64,000 bases of DNA from Heterodontus francisci (lineage: Eukaryota). The notes beneath the pieces are model-generated. The model ran no database searches, was not told the origin of the DNA, and was given only the letters and a program-made list of their open reading frames with translations. How positions within the stretch are numbered: the stretch's first letter is position 1; each line of letters starts with the position of its first letter. Below, piece by piece: positions 12,165-24,955 of this stretch. Position numbers and translations under genes: made by a program. The DNA is taken from assembly GCF_036365525.1 (NCBI RefSeq), contig NC_090421.1, positions 868,001 through 932,000 of the forward strand. Direction: 5' to 3'.

Positions 12165-12750
12165 GAATCATAGAATAAAACAGTGCAGAAGAGGCCCTTC
12201 GGCCCATTGAGTCTGCACTGATGCATTAAAGACACCTGACCTGTCTACCTAATCCCATTTGCCAGCACTTGGCCCATAGCCTTGAATGTTATGACGTGCC
12301 AAGTGCTCATCCAGGTACTTTTTAAAGGATGTGAGGCAACCCGCCTCTACCACCCTCCCAGACGGGGCATTCCAGACCGTCACCACCCTCTGAGTAAAAA
12401 AAGTTCTTCCTCAAATCCTCCTCAAACCTCCTGCCCCTCACCTTGAACTTGTGACCCTTTGTAACTGACCCTTCAACTAAGGGGAACAGCTGCTCCCTAT
12501 CCACCCTGTCCATGCCCCTCATAATCTTGTACACCTCGATCAGGTCACCCCTCAGTCTTGTCTGCTCCTGCGAAAACAACCCAAGCCTATCCAACCTCTC
12601 TTCATAGCTTTGAATGTTCCATCCCAGGCAACATCCTGGTGAATCGCCTCTGCACCCCCTCCAGTGCAATCACATCCTTCCTATAATGTGGCAACCAGAG
12701 TTGCACGCAGTACTCCAGCTGTGGCCTTACCAAAGTTCTATACAACTCCA
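12165..12750 (-). mobile_element. CR1 LINE 3' fragment
   Basis: SYEERLDRLGLFSQEQTRLRGDLIEVYKIMRGMDRVDREQLFPL plus 3' UTR. Confidence 0.9.
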
Positions 12751-14547
12751 TAACCTCCCTATGGATTTATTTGACATTTTTAGAGTCATAGTCATCGTTT
12801 GTAATGTAGGAAAAGTAGCAGCCAATTTGTGCGTGATCTCTCTCACTCTCTCTCCACACCCCCCCCCCCCCCCACTCCCTCCTTCCCTCCTTCCCTTGAT
12901 TCACTTCCAGAGAGAGGTAAAAAAAAAAAATGCATGGTGAGGGTGGGAAGCAACCTGTATAGTGAACTGATGCCATTTTGTGCCTCATCTGGCAGTAATT
13001 CTGACTCTGCTCTGATTGCCATCACTTCCGCTCCAAGTCTGTCAGCAAGTATAATTAGAGTCTGATATTGTAGCTTCCTTCCCCACAGTGCTTCCCTATC
13101 TTGGACAGGGTTGTCCCTGCTCGAGTTCAGATAACTGCTCAACTCGCCTAACCGATAGTTGTGTGGGCAGGGCTGTCTTCAAACAGTACCGTTTGTCGAG
13201 CTGGAAATTTAGGAGTGCAGATTTACTGCACGCAAACAGGCCATTATGCCCATTTGCTTCACACGAGTCACATCCCACCCCCTACCTTATTTCCTCTTTC
13301 CCCCTCCCCCACTTCATCTCCTCTTCTCCCCCAACCCCCACCACCCCACCAATCACCATATCCTTCTATTCCCTTAAACACATACACGCCGTTCGCCTCA
13401 ACCCACTCCCTGTGGTAGCAAGTCCCACATTCTCACCACTGTGGATAAAGAAGCTTCTCCTGAATTCCCTTATTGGGTTTATTAGTGACTGTGTCTTATA
13501 TTGGTTTGCCAGTCGCCTTGACTCAGTGTCCTCTGGCTTGCAGCACTGCTGCCAATGGCAACAGTTGGCCTCTATCTACTCTGTCCAGACCCCTCATGAT
13601 TTTGAACACCTCTATCAAATCTCCTCTTAATTTCTCTCTAAGGAGAACAGTCACAGCTTCTCCAATCCATCCACTTCACTGAAGTCCCTCATTCCTGGGA
13701 TCGGACCTCACAGCTCACTTCCAACACGTGGTACATTTAGCTGTCCCTCGTCTGACACCCAGGTTCAATATCGGGGGCTCCGCAACGGTTTCCCTGCTGA
13801 GCAATCGGCCTTCGTAAGGGCTGCAGTTGATCGGCTGTGAAGTACTTGGGCACATCCGGAGGCTTTAAAGCACAATCTGAATGCAACCTCGTGCTTTTTG
13901 ATGGATTATTGAGCTTCCTGCAGTTTTGCAACATGCATTTTGTAACTCTGTCGTGCTGCTTGAGTTGTGGGTGAGGGTAGGCCTTTGGGCTTTTTATCTG
14001 CAACGGGTGAAATTTAGTTGCATGGTCTGCCTTGGCTGTCCCGGCAACCGCCGAAATGCTGCCTTGACTCGGGCCTGGATCTGGGTAGTGTCTGGGTAAT
14101 AGAAACTGGCGCTGCCTCTTTCTCAAATTAGAAATGTGCTATTTTTAATATCGATCCCAAAAAAAATTCCTAATGTGACAGCTGGTCTTAAAATATCTGG
14201 GACATGACTGACTCCTGTTGTCGTAAATGTAAAATTCAGTAACTTGTCAAGAGGAAACTCGTCTGGGAGTGTAGTTGGAGAGTGGTACCACCTTAATGTA
14301 TTGAATTTTTGTAATCCAGATTAATTACTTGCATCGGAATCATAATTTACTAGGGTTTATGTTTTATCCCTTAACAGTTCTGAATATTCAGGTTTTCGTG
14401 TTCACCCTTGGCCTTGTACAATAAAGCAAATGGAGTTTAGTATAGAACAACTGTTGGGGAGTGAGTGAGGCGCTGTGACAGGCAGTTTGTTAACTGATGC
14501 CGTCTGTAGCCAGCAGTTGGTTGGCACCAAGTCATTCTTTTCTATTT

Positions 14548-17500
14548 AAGAACAAAGAAAATTACAGCACAGGAACAAGCCCTTCGGCCCTCCAAGCCTG
14601 CGCCGATCCAGATCCTCTACCTAAACATGTCGCCTATTTTCTAAGGGTCTGTATCTCTTTGCTTTTTGCCCATTCATGTATCTGTCTAGATACATCTTAA
14701 AAGACGCTATCGTGTTCGCATCTACCACCTCCGCTGGCAATGCGTTCCAGGCACCCACCACCCTCTGCGTAAAGAACTTTCCACGCATATCCCCCCTAAA
14801 CTTTTCCCCTCTCACTTTGAACTCGTGACCCCTAGTATTTGAATCCCCCACTCTGGGGGAAAAAGCTTCTTGCTATCCACCCTGTCTATACCTCATGATT
14901 TTGTACACCTCAATCAGGTCCCCCCTCAACCTCCGCCTTTCTAATGAAAATAATCCTAATCTACTCAACCTCTCTTCATAGCTAGCGCCCTCCATACCAG
15001 GCAACATCCTGGTGAACCTCCTCTGCACCCTCTCCAAAGCATCCACATGCTTTTGGTAATGTGGCGACCAGAACTGCACGCAGTATTCCAAATGTGGCCG
15101 AACCAAAGTCCTATACAATTGTAACATGACCTGCCAACTCTTGTACTCAATACCCTGTCCGATGAAGGAAAGCATGCCGTATGCCTTCTTGACCACTCTA
15201 TTTACCTGCGTTGCCACCTTCAGGGAACAATGGACCTGAACACCCAAATCTCTCTGGACATCAATTTTCCCCAGGACTTTTCCATTTACTGTATAGTTCA
15301 CTCTTGAATTGGATCTTCCAAAATGCATCACCTCGCATTTACCCTGATTGAACTCCATCTGCCATTTCTCTGCCCAACTCTCCAATCTGTCTATATTCTG
15401 CTGTATTCTCTGACAGTCCCCTTCACTATCTGCTACTCCACCAATCTTAGTGTCGTCTGCAAACTTGCTAATCAGACCACCTATACTTTCCTCCAAATCA
15501 TTTATGTATATCACAAACAACAGTGGTCCCAGCATGGATCCCTGTGGAACACCACTGGTCACACGTCTCCATTTTGAGAAACTCCCTTCCACTGCTACTC
15601 TCTGTCTCCTGTTGCCCAGTCAGTTCTTTATCCATCTAGCTAGTACACCCTGGATCCCATGCGACTTCACTTTCTCCATCAGCCTACCATGGGGAACCTT
15701 ATCAAACGCCTTACTGAAGTCCATGTATATGACATCTACAGCCCTTCCCTCGTCAATAAACTTTGTCACTTCCTCAAAGAATTCTATTAAGTTGGTAAGA
15801 CATGACCTTCCCTGCACAAAACCATGTTGCCTATCACTGATAAGCCCATTTTCTTCCAAATGGGAATAGATCCTATCCCTCAGTATCTTCTCCAGCAGCT
15901 TCCCTACCACTGACGTCAGGCTCACCGGTCTATAATTACCTGGATTATCCCTGCTACCCTTCTTAAACAAGGGGACAACATTAGCATAAATAAAAGCAAA
16001 ATACTGCGGATGCTGGAAATCTGAAACAAAAACAAGAAATGCTGGATTCACTCAGCAGGTCTGGCAGCATCTGTGGAAAGAGAAGCAGAGTTAACGTTTC
16101 GGGTCAGCGACCCTTCTTCGGAACCCATTACCCACAACATTAGCAATTCTCCAGTCCTCCGGGACTTCAGCCCTGTTGAAGGATGCTGCAAAGATATCTG
16201 TTAAGGCCCCAGCTATTTCCTCTCTCGCTTCCCTCAGTAACCTGGGATAGATCTCATCCGGACCTGGGGACTTGTCCACCTTAATGCCTTTTAGAATACC
16301 CAACACTTCCTCCCTCCTTATGCCGACTTGACCTAGAGTAATCAAACATCTGTCCCTAACCTCAACATCCGTCATGTCCCTCTCCTCGGTGAATACCGAT
16401 GCAAAGTACTCGTTTAGAATCTCACCCATTTTCTCTGACTCCACGCATAACTTTCCTCCTTTGTCCTTGAGTGGGCCAATCCTTTCTCTAGTTACCCTCT
16501 TGCTCCTTATATATGAATAAAAGGCTTTGGGATTTTCCTTAACCGTGTTTGCTAAAGATATTTCATGACCCCTTTTAGCCCTCTTAATTCCTCGTTTCAG
16601 ATTGCGCCTACAATCCCGATATTCTTTCAAAGCTTCGTCTTTCTTCAGCCGCCTAGACCTTATGTATGCTTCCTTTTTCCTCTTAGCTAGTCTCACAATT
16701 TCACCTGTCATCCATGGTTCCCTAATCTTGCCATTTCTATCCCTCATTTTCACAGGAACATGTCTCTCCTGCACGCTAATCAACCTCTCTTTAAAAGCCT
16801 CCCACATATCAAATGTGGATTGACCTTCAAACAGCTGCTCCCAATCTACATTCCCCAGCTCCTGCCGAATTTTGGTATAGTTGGCCTTCCCCCAGTTTAG
16901 CACTCTTCCTTTAGGACCACTCTCGTCTTTGTCCATGAGTATTTTAAAGCTTACGGAATTGTGATCACTATTCCCAAAGTAGTCCCCTACTGAAACTTCA
17001 ACCACCTGGCCGGGCTCATTCCCCAACACCAGGTCCAGTATGGCCCCTTCCCGAGTTGGACTATTTACATACTGCTCTAGAAAACCCTCCTGGATGCTCC
17101 TTACAAATTCTGCTCCATCTAGACCTCTAACACTAAGTGAATCCCAGTCAATGTTGGGAAAATTAAAATCTCCTATCACCACCACCCTGTTGCTCCTACA
17201 TCTTTCCATAATCTGTTTACATATTTGTACCTCTATCTCACGCTCGCTGTTGGGAGGCCTGTAGTACAGCCCCAACATTGTTACTGCACCCTTCCTATTT
17301 CTGAGTTCTGCCCATATTGCCTCACTGCTCGAGTCCTCCATAGTGCCCTTCTTCAGCACAGCTGTGATATCCTCTTTGACCAGTACTGCAACTCCTCCAC
17401 CCCTTTTACCTCCCTCTCTATCCCGCCTGAAGCATCGATATCCTGGGATATTTAGTTGCCAATCATGCCCTTCCCTAAACCAAGTCTCAGTAATAGCAAT

Positions 17501-17690
17501 AACATCATACTCCCAGGTGCTAATCCAAGCCCTAAGTTCATCTGCCTTACCTACTACACTTCTTGCATTAAAACAAATGCACCTCAGACCACCAGTCCCT
17601 TTGCGTTCATCATCTGCTCCTTGCCTACTCTTCCCCTTAGTCACGCTGACTTCATTATCTAGTTCCTTACAGGCTTTAGTTACGAAAGTA
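14548..17690 (-). mobile_element. CR1 LINE, 5'-truncated, nearly complete ORF2 (APE endonuclease plus reverse transcriptase), disrupted
   Basis: APE motifs CFNARS, IAITETW, GDFN, SDH; RT motifs GVPQGS and FADD; lesions are a 147-bp insert, an in-frame TGA at 15620 and a frameshift near 14890. Confidence 0.95.
15987..16133 (-). mobile_element. Penelope-like short insertion with 12-bp TSD and minimal hammerhead motif
   Basis: Flanked by acaacattagca at 15975-15986 and 16134-16145; same family as 3796-4021 and 18849-18954. Confidence 0.8.
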
Positions 17691-18194
17691 AAGTTACTAA
17701 AGTTACTTTAGTAGGCTAAAGGTTGCTTGCTTTTTGACTCTGCTCACTGTTTCCAGAATCTGCATGAGGTTTAGCGCACAAGAAAAAAAGACTTCAATCC
17801 AGTTTTCATTCGGACGAGCTTCGCGCACCTTTTCAAACTCGGCCGCAGCAATTGGAGAACGCAAACTGGTCTTCCGCCCCGTCATTCCTTCCGATTGTCC
17901 ATGTAACTGGGGCCATGTTGGTGAGCGGGTTCCAGGATGGGATCTGTGCTGTTGGCTGGCCTCTGGGCACGGGCAGGAGGTGCCACGGTGCATGCCCGTG
18001 CCTGTGGTAAGCGCTTGATGGTAGAGTAGAAGGGCATCGGCTGGCCCTCAGACTGGAGGCTTTCCCAGGCCAGCCTCCCAGCTTCCATAAATTCGAGCTT
18101 ATCCAAAATTCTGTCTACTCGCATTGAGTTCTGGTCACCCATTCCCCCCCCCCCCCCCCCCCTCCCCCCAATCCCAGGTTTTGACTTCTGGTCT

Positions 18195-18625
18195 GGCAAA
18201 ACACCTCGATTTTAAAATTCTCATTCTCCTTTTCAGATACCTCCATTGTCTCTCCCCCCGCCCCCCCCCCCCTTTCCCCCACCATCCCTGTAACTTCCTC
18301 CAGCCCCTACGACCCTCCTCTGAAATTTCTGCGCTCCTCCAAGTCCGTCCTTTTGCCCGTTCCCCGATTTCCGTTGCTCCGTCATTGGCAGCCATGCCTT
18401 CAGCTGCCTGGGGGCCCTGAGCTCGGAGCGATGGAAATCGGGTGGGTGTGTGTGCGCGCGCAGTGGGTGCTCAAGAAGCCGGAATTGGAGGAGCACAGAG
18501 ATGTTGGAGGAGGTTGGAGAACGGGGAGGGACCATGGAGGCCTTGAAAATAAGGATGAGAGTTTTAAAATTGAGGTCTTGTTGGACCGGGAGCCAGTGTA
18601 GGTCAGCGAGCACAGGGGGTGACGG
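18195..18625. mobile_element. Two L2 3' fragments in inverted orientation
   Basis: 18195-18380 and 18424-18590 are diverged reverse complements. Confidence 0.7.
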
Positions 18626-18848
18626 GGAAAGCACGAGCTGTAAATGGTTGTCGGAGGGTGAGAGGTGGGGAGGAGGATAAAGAGGCTGCCCTCATTGATG
18701 GTCCAGGAATATACAGGATAGCAGAATATTTACTCCTGAAAGTGCCTTGATGGTGTCTGAGGAAGCTGAATTACTGTGTCCTGACATCTGTGGGGTACTG
18801 ATTTTCATTTTAAGAGTGCTGGTAATTTAGCAGGCAGGTCACTGTTGT

Positions 18849-18954
18849 CTGAAATAAAAACAAGAAATGCTGGAATCACTCAGCAGGTCTGGCAGCATCT
18901 GTGGAAAGAGAAGCAGAGTTAACGTTTCGGGTCAGTGACCCTTCTTCGGAACTC
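18849..18954 (-). mobile_element. Penelope-like fragment with minimal hammerhead motif
   Basis: Minus strand GAGTT-CCGAAGA-A-GGGTC-ACT-GACCC-GAAAC-GTT-AACTC at 18954-18916. Confidence 0.7.
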
Positions 18955-19809
18955 AGTTCCAGTAACACACCATACAGTCGGCCTAACTAAAAGGTTTGCC
19001 TTGCCCAATATCGCTCGGTGCAGCTAGTTCCGCCCACTCAGCACACTATGGTGCTTGACTCAAAATGAGTTCAGCTGCTGTTGTGTTTTGTGGAGGCTTT
19101 CGAGTGTGTCAAGTCTGACTCTAGATGAATCATCAGAAGGTTGGAATGCAGGGTACCGGATGGGACTGCTTTGCATAATCTGACTGTCCCCGAGTTCAAA
19201 TACAAAGTCCACACAGTTCACTGTCAAACGAGCCCGATCGATTTCGTTTACTGCTGCTATGGGGCTCAATTCAGCTCCCTGGGCAACCAGTTCTGAACTG
19301 TGTGAATTAGTTACACCTGACCTGGTGATTCACTTTCCTGCCTGTGTGTTTTCAGGGAAGGAGGAGAGCACACCTGGCTGTGAGTTAACATTTGAAGGTT
19401 CATGTACATGAAAAGATCTGACAACTGCACAGGAATCTCTCTAGCAGTTATCCCATTTGTGATTGACGTATGCTATTCTCTTTCTTAATCACATCCGCCC
19501 ACTGCCCTCCCCTACACAGTTAAAGCGCATTTAAAAATGCATTGAAAGGGTTGCTGTGCTCTCCTTTGTCAAAACTTAAAGATATTCGTTCAAGCCGTGA
19601 CACACAGTGCTGGTACTTATCATGGGTAATGATGAAAGTTGTGAATATTTGATGGCATTGTTAGTTTTATTGACACTTGTGTATGTGAAAGCTTGGAGTC
19701 ATTTTATTTAAAAACAAAGAGGCTGGGGGTTGACCAGTTTTAAATCATTAGCGAGCTGGTTATTTCCTCCTAAATGATAGTGAACTGGTTGTTTCCTCAG
19801 ACCAAGGTA

Positions 19810-19840
<31 letters not shown>

Positions 19841-20679
19841 AAGGAGGAAGCTCTGGGTTTTTGCCTGGAAGTAGTTTGGGTAGCAGGTGTGCCAGTCACT
19901 GTACGATTCCACACGCAACGGTGTCGCGGGCTTGCTGTGGTGTACACTTCCTTTCGTAGCATTGGACCAGTCTTTGTGATTAAATAATGAAAAGCCAGAC
20001 ATTTGTATGTTTGGATAAGGTCAAGAGGAGCTCTCGCTCAGAGATCTGCAACCATTAACGTGCTGCTGGACGGTTTAAGGCAGAACGACCTGAAGTGACA
20101 CTGTAACTGTGCAGAAGCTTTTGGCTGTGATGTTTTGTCCATTTTCGCTGGTTAAAATGGTGGCCTCAAAAATGAGCCTCTCGGATTGCTGTAGGCTAGC
20201 TGTGCCTCAACAAACAGTGCCTTTCACTCACGGTAGTGCACACTTGAACAGGAGCTGGGGAAAATTTCCTAAAAGCCCTCTAGTTGCAGTTGCAGCTTTG
20301 CATAATTTCAGTGAGAGTTCCTTTCCCTTCTGCGGCAGCAGCTGCATTCATTTTAATGTGAATAAGTTCATCATTACGTGGCTTACTTTTCAAGGGCGTT
20401 GCTCTCATTCCTGGGTAATTTTTGAAGTAACGTGTAAAATGTATCATTACGGATGTTCTGGGGCAGCTCCCTCAATCAGTGAAACTTTTTTTGTCCACGG
20501 TGATTTTAATTGCTCATCTCGTTGAGACCGGAAGGGAGCAGATGGAGAAGAACGATTACATTCCTAAAATATGTACAGGACTCCTGTGTCGAGTAGTGTG
20601 CTGAAATGCCTAGAAGGCGGGCGGCATGTCTAGATTTGGTTTTTGCGTAACAGTAGATCAGGCAGATGGGTTAAAGAGA

Positions 20680-21715
20680 ATCATAGTCATTTATGGCACG
20701 CATCCAGTCAGTCCTGTTCCGCCTGCTCTATCCCCATAGACCTGTAAGTTCATTTCCTTCAAGTGTCCAACCAATTTCTGTTAGAAATCATTCCAGGTCA
20801 TTACCCCTCTGCATCTCTTGCCCAAAACCTTAAATCCATGTCCCCTAGTCCTTGTACCATCAGCTAATAGGAACTGTTTGTTCCTGTCTAAATTATCTTC
20901 GCCTGTCATCTTGCACACCTTCTATCAAATCTCCCCTCGGTCGTCTTTGATCCAAGGGGAACAACCCCAGCTTCTCCAACCTAACCTTGTAGCTAAAATC
21001 CCTCTTCCCTGGAACCATTCTGGTAAATCTCCTCCGTCCCCTCTCAAGGACCCTCACATCCTTCCTAAAGTGTGGTGACCAGAACTGGACATAATACTCT
21101 AGTTGTGGCCTGACCAGAGCTTTATACAGGTTCAGCATAACTTCCCTGCTTCTGTGCTCAATACCTGTATTTATGAAACCCAAGATGCTATATGCTTCAC
21201 TGACCACTCTCAGTATATCCTACCACCTTCAAAGATCTATGCACATGAACCCCTAGGTCTCTCTGACTCTGCACACACTTTAGAACTGTGCCATTAAGTC
21301 TAAATGACTTTTCTCCATCCCTTCTGCCAAAATGCATTACCTCACACCTCTGTGTTAAATTCCATCTGCCACTTGTCTGCCCATTCTGCTCGCCTATCTA
21401 TGTCCTGCTGCAGGCAATTTGCACCGTTCTCACTGTCTGCCACTCCTCCGAGTTTGGTGGTATTGGCGCATTTTGAAATGTTACCCTCTGTTCTAATATG
21501 CAAATCATTCATGTTTGTCAAAAAGCAGTGGTCCTAGCACAGACTCTTGGGGAACACCACTGTCTATTATCCTCCATTCTGAAAAACAACCATTTACCAC
21601 CACTCGCTGTTTTCCGTCCTTGGGCCAATTTTTTTTTTTGTCCAATTGGACACTGACCCTTCTATTCCATGGGCCTCAATTTTGTTAACCAGCCTTTTAT
21701 CTGGTACTTTGTCAA
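20680..21715 (-). mobile_element. Degraded CR1 LINE (RT C-terminal half plus 3' UTR)
   Basis: LYKALVRPQLEYYVQFWSPH...RGDLIE. Confidence 0.85.
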
Positions 21716-22225
21716 ATGAGGGTGGGCAAAGTCACGAACGTAGCCATCCTCTCAAAAGCAAATCTACCAAGTATGTGAACATTCATCAAGCAGCTTGGGC
21801 ACATTCGCAGGATGGAAGATGGACGCGTTCCCAACAATATTCTGTATGCCGAGGTTGCCGGAGTCAGGGAACCAGTTGGACACCCAAAGTTTCGCTTCGA
21901 GGATGCTTGGGAGCGTGACACGAAGGCCTTAAACATCGATTTTCGCGCGTGGGAGATACCAACCAACAACCGAGGGAAATGGTGACATTAGCTGTGGGTC
22001 GGTGTGTGCCACCATGGCGATCACGGGCTTGGGACAGCAGGCGCCAGTGTTGGCAACAGCACCCCACTCAACGATGCCTGATAACCACCTCATATGTGGC
22101 ACCAGTGGCAGAGCCTGCCTTTCACAGATTGGTATCTTCAGCCATCAGCAAATTGCACCATGTGGAACTATCCCATCGCCAGTGGATTTGCTGCAGGTCC
22201 ATCTCTCATAGACGGACGGACACCG
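21716..22225 (+). mobile_element. RTE-clade LINE 3' fragment
   Basis: LGHIRRMEDGRVPNNILYAEV...KFRFED and ICGTSGRACLSQIGIFSH. Confidence 0.75.
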
Positions 22226-23114
22226 ACGACAGGTGAACACTTGAGTGGCGACTGTAACTTGACGAGGTTTTAATGAATAACGCAACTTGTGCAGAATCAG
22301 TAGATACCATTTGCGACAAGTCGCAGAATGCTGTGGATCGAGAGAGATTGGAAGCAAATTAAAATTTAACAGGTACGGGCTATCGACACGGTATGAGAAA
22401 GTGCAGAGTGATTAAGGAGGGAGTGTGAGGAGACTATATTGTGTAAAGAATTCTACAGTTGTATCGACAGGCACAGGATTCTTAAATGTGGGAGGGGATA
22501 GTTGAGGATGAGTCCAAATTGGTGAGGATACTTAACCAGGACTTGGCATCAGTGTTTTAAATAGAAGGATATTGTGGTGGGTGCTGGTTGTTCTGCCTGC
22601 AGCTGCCTTGAACATGGTTTGAAAGTCTCGAACATGGGGACACAGTCTCAGGACAAGGGGTCAGTCATTTAGGACTGACGTGAGGAAATATTTCTTCACT
22701 CAGGGTGGTGAATCTTCTGGAGCTCGCTACTCCAGAGGGCTGAGGACTCCTGCAGGGACATTCCGCATCAAACAGGGGAATGGGCACCCCAAGGATTCCA
22801 TTGGACGTGGCCTGTCTGCACCGTCAGAAAATGTTTCACAGTTTGGGGGGTGGGTGGGAGAGAAAACGCAGCCAGTGGAGAAAAGTGACAGAAAATTTCT
22901 CTGTCAGCTGGTTGTTAGCACGTGAATTTTATACCCTCCAGTGGAGCTGGCTGAAAGTCCTTTTCACATTATATAACGCCATTGATTGGAGATTTTTCTT
23001 TGCTCCAGAAAGCTCGTCATACCTTCACAGGCGAGCACCCTGCTATAATGAACACTGTTAATTGTCTGAAGTCAATAAAATCTGAACTTAAAGAAACTCT
23101 TTTTTTTTTAACAG

Positions 23115-23162
23115 AACATTGCATGCATCGTAGTTGCTGCGAGGAATGCAAGTTCATCAACA
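23115..23162 (+). CDS. cs: Citrate synthase exon 2
   Basis: T-tract acag / NIACIVVAARNASSST / gtaagt; equivalent to human NASCLVLAARHASASST. Confidence 0.93.
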
Positions 23163-23339
23163 GTAAGTTATCTCTTCTACACCTAGATCAGTCCTGGTCT
23201 TTTTCTAAATTGTCAGTGGGCAATATGTAAAGGCCTGCTTGTATTATCTGTTATCATAGTCAAAGTATGTCGTTTGCCGTCTGGGTGGGTGTGGGAGTGT
23301 CTCTGGGGTGGGGGGGTGGTGTGTGTCTCTGGGTGCGTG

Positions 23340-23805
23340 CACGCCCCTCTCTCTCCCTCTCCCTCTCACTGTGCGCTCCCCTCGCTCTCTCTCTCCCTCT
23401 CCCTATGCGCGCCCCTCGCGCTCCCCCTCTCCCTCTATGCACCCCTCGCTTGCGCTCCCCCTCTCCCTCTATGCACCCCTTGCTTGCGCTCCCCCTCTCC
23501 CTCTATGCACCCCTCGCTTGCTCTCCCTCTCCCTCTATGCACCCCTCGCTTGCTCTCCCTCTCCCTCTATGCACCCCTCGCTTGCTCTCCCTCTCCCTCT
23601 ATGCACCCCTCGCTTGCTCTCCCTCTCCCTCTATGCACCCCTCGCTTGCTCTCCCTCTCCCTCTGCACGCCCCTCGCTCTCTCTCTCTCCTTCTCCCTCG
23701 GCTCCCCCTCTCTCTCGGCTCCCCTCCGTCACTCTCGGACCCCCCCGCCTCCCCCTCTCTCTCGGCCCCCCTCCGTCTCTCTCGGCCCCCCTCCCCCTCT
23801 CTCTG
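23340..23805. repeat. C/T-rich ~32-bp minisatellite in cs intron 2
   Basis: Unit ctctccctctccctctatgcacccctcgcttg. Confidence 0.9.
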
Positions 23806-24334
23806 ATGAGCCACTGTCTTGAGCATTGGTACAGATTACTCCAGCGGGGGGCTTAGCGGTATTTTATAAAGGGTTTGGTACAGCGTCCTTGCTTTTTTGT
23901 GGCTTGTTTGTTTTTCAAAAAGAAGCAAATGTAATGATGCTGAATCACAAATGGTCTCTTGGAGCAGTGGCACCTGGGTTCAGATTTGCCACAGACTGCT
24001 GGGGCGACCGTTGCATCCTCCTGTGTTCCCTTAGCCTTATTTTTTGGGATTGCGGATCCCCTGCAGTGCGGGAGTGTCTGCGAAAGGCGGCCTTGTTCAG
24101 GCCGCAAAGGGTAGTTTAGTGAAAATGTCTGACTGGGCGTAGAGACGGTTACGTAAGCGCAGGTACAATGGGCCACTTGACCACCCAGTCTCTGAGATTG
24201 GTCAAGACAGTTGTGGAGAAAGTGTGGGGTGAAACTTCCTCCTACGCCTGACCTGTGTTGGATCTGACTCGATGCTCGGAGACTCTGTAGACGAAGACCC
24301 TGATCCCATCTAACAAACGCTTTTGTCTTCCTAG

Positions 24335-24442
24335 GATTTGAAGGAGGTTCTTGCTGAACTTATCCCCAAGGAACAATCCAGGATTAAGGCTTTCAAACAA
24401 CAACATGGCAAAACAGTTATTGGACAAATTAATGTCGATATG
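24335..24442 (+). CDS. cs: Citrate synthase exon 3
   Basis: [40 protein letters not shown] bounded, 108 nt. Confidence 0.97.
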
Positions 24443-24661
24443 GTATGAATTACGTTTTTGGGGGGGGGTGGTGGGGTTGTGGGTGAGGAGAGAGAACTTA
24501 TTTTTTTCATTCACGGGATGTGGACGTCGCTGGCCGGGCCGGCATTTGTTGCCCGTCCCTAATTGCCCCTTGAGAAGGTGGTGGTGAGCTGCCTTCTTGA
24601 ACCGCTGCAGTCTGTGTGGTGTGCCGACATCCATGGTGCTGTTTTGGGAGCGAGTTCCAGG

Positions 24662-24699
<38 letters not shown>

Positions 24700-24889
24700 C
24701 ACCTGTAGTGTACTAAAGTCTGTTCTAGTCGTTACAGATCAGCTGTGATCTGGTTGGCAGACCAGGCTCCAGGAGGGGGGCCTGAATGGCCTCCTCCTGT
24801 TCCTGTATTCCTAGCTGAATGCCGTTTTGAATATTGTAACTGCCTGATTTTTCTTTTCCCCCCCCCCCCCACCCCCCGGCCCCCCTCAG

Positions 24890-24955
24890 GTGTACGGTGG
24901 CATGCGAGGAATGAAGGGCTTGGTGTATGAAACATCAGTGCTGGATCCAGACGAG
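24890..24955 (+). CDS. cs: Citrate synthase exon 4
   Basis: [22 protein letters not shown], 66 nt. Confidence 0.97.

Noticed and set aside
12911-12916. cag/AGAGAG/gtaaaa possible 6-nt microexon
   Set aside because: The donor is weak and runs into a poly(A) tract; likely chance.
14873-17644. Active retrotransposon or domesticated RT gene
   Set aside because: ORF2 has an insertion, a premature stop and a frameshift, and the element is 5'-truncated.
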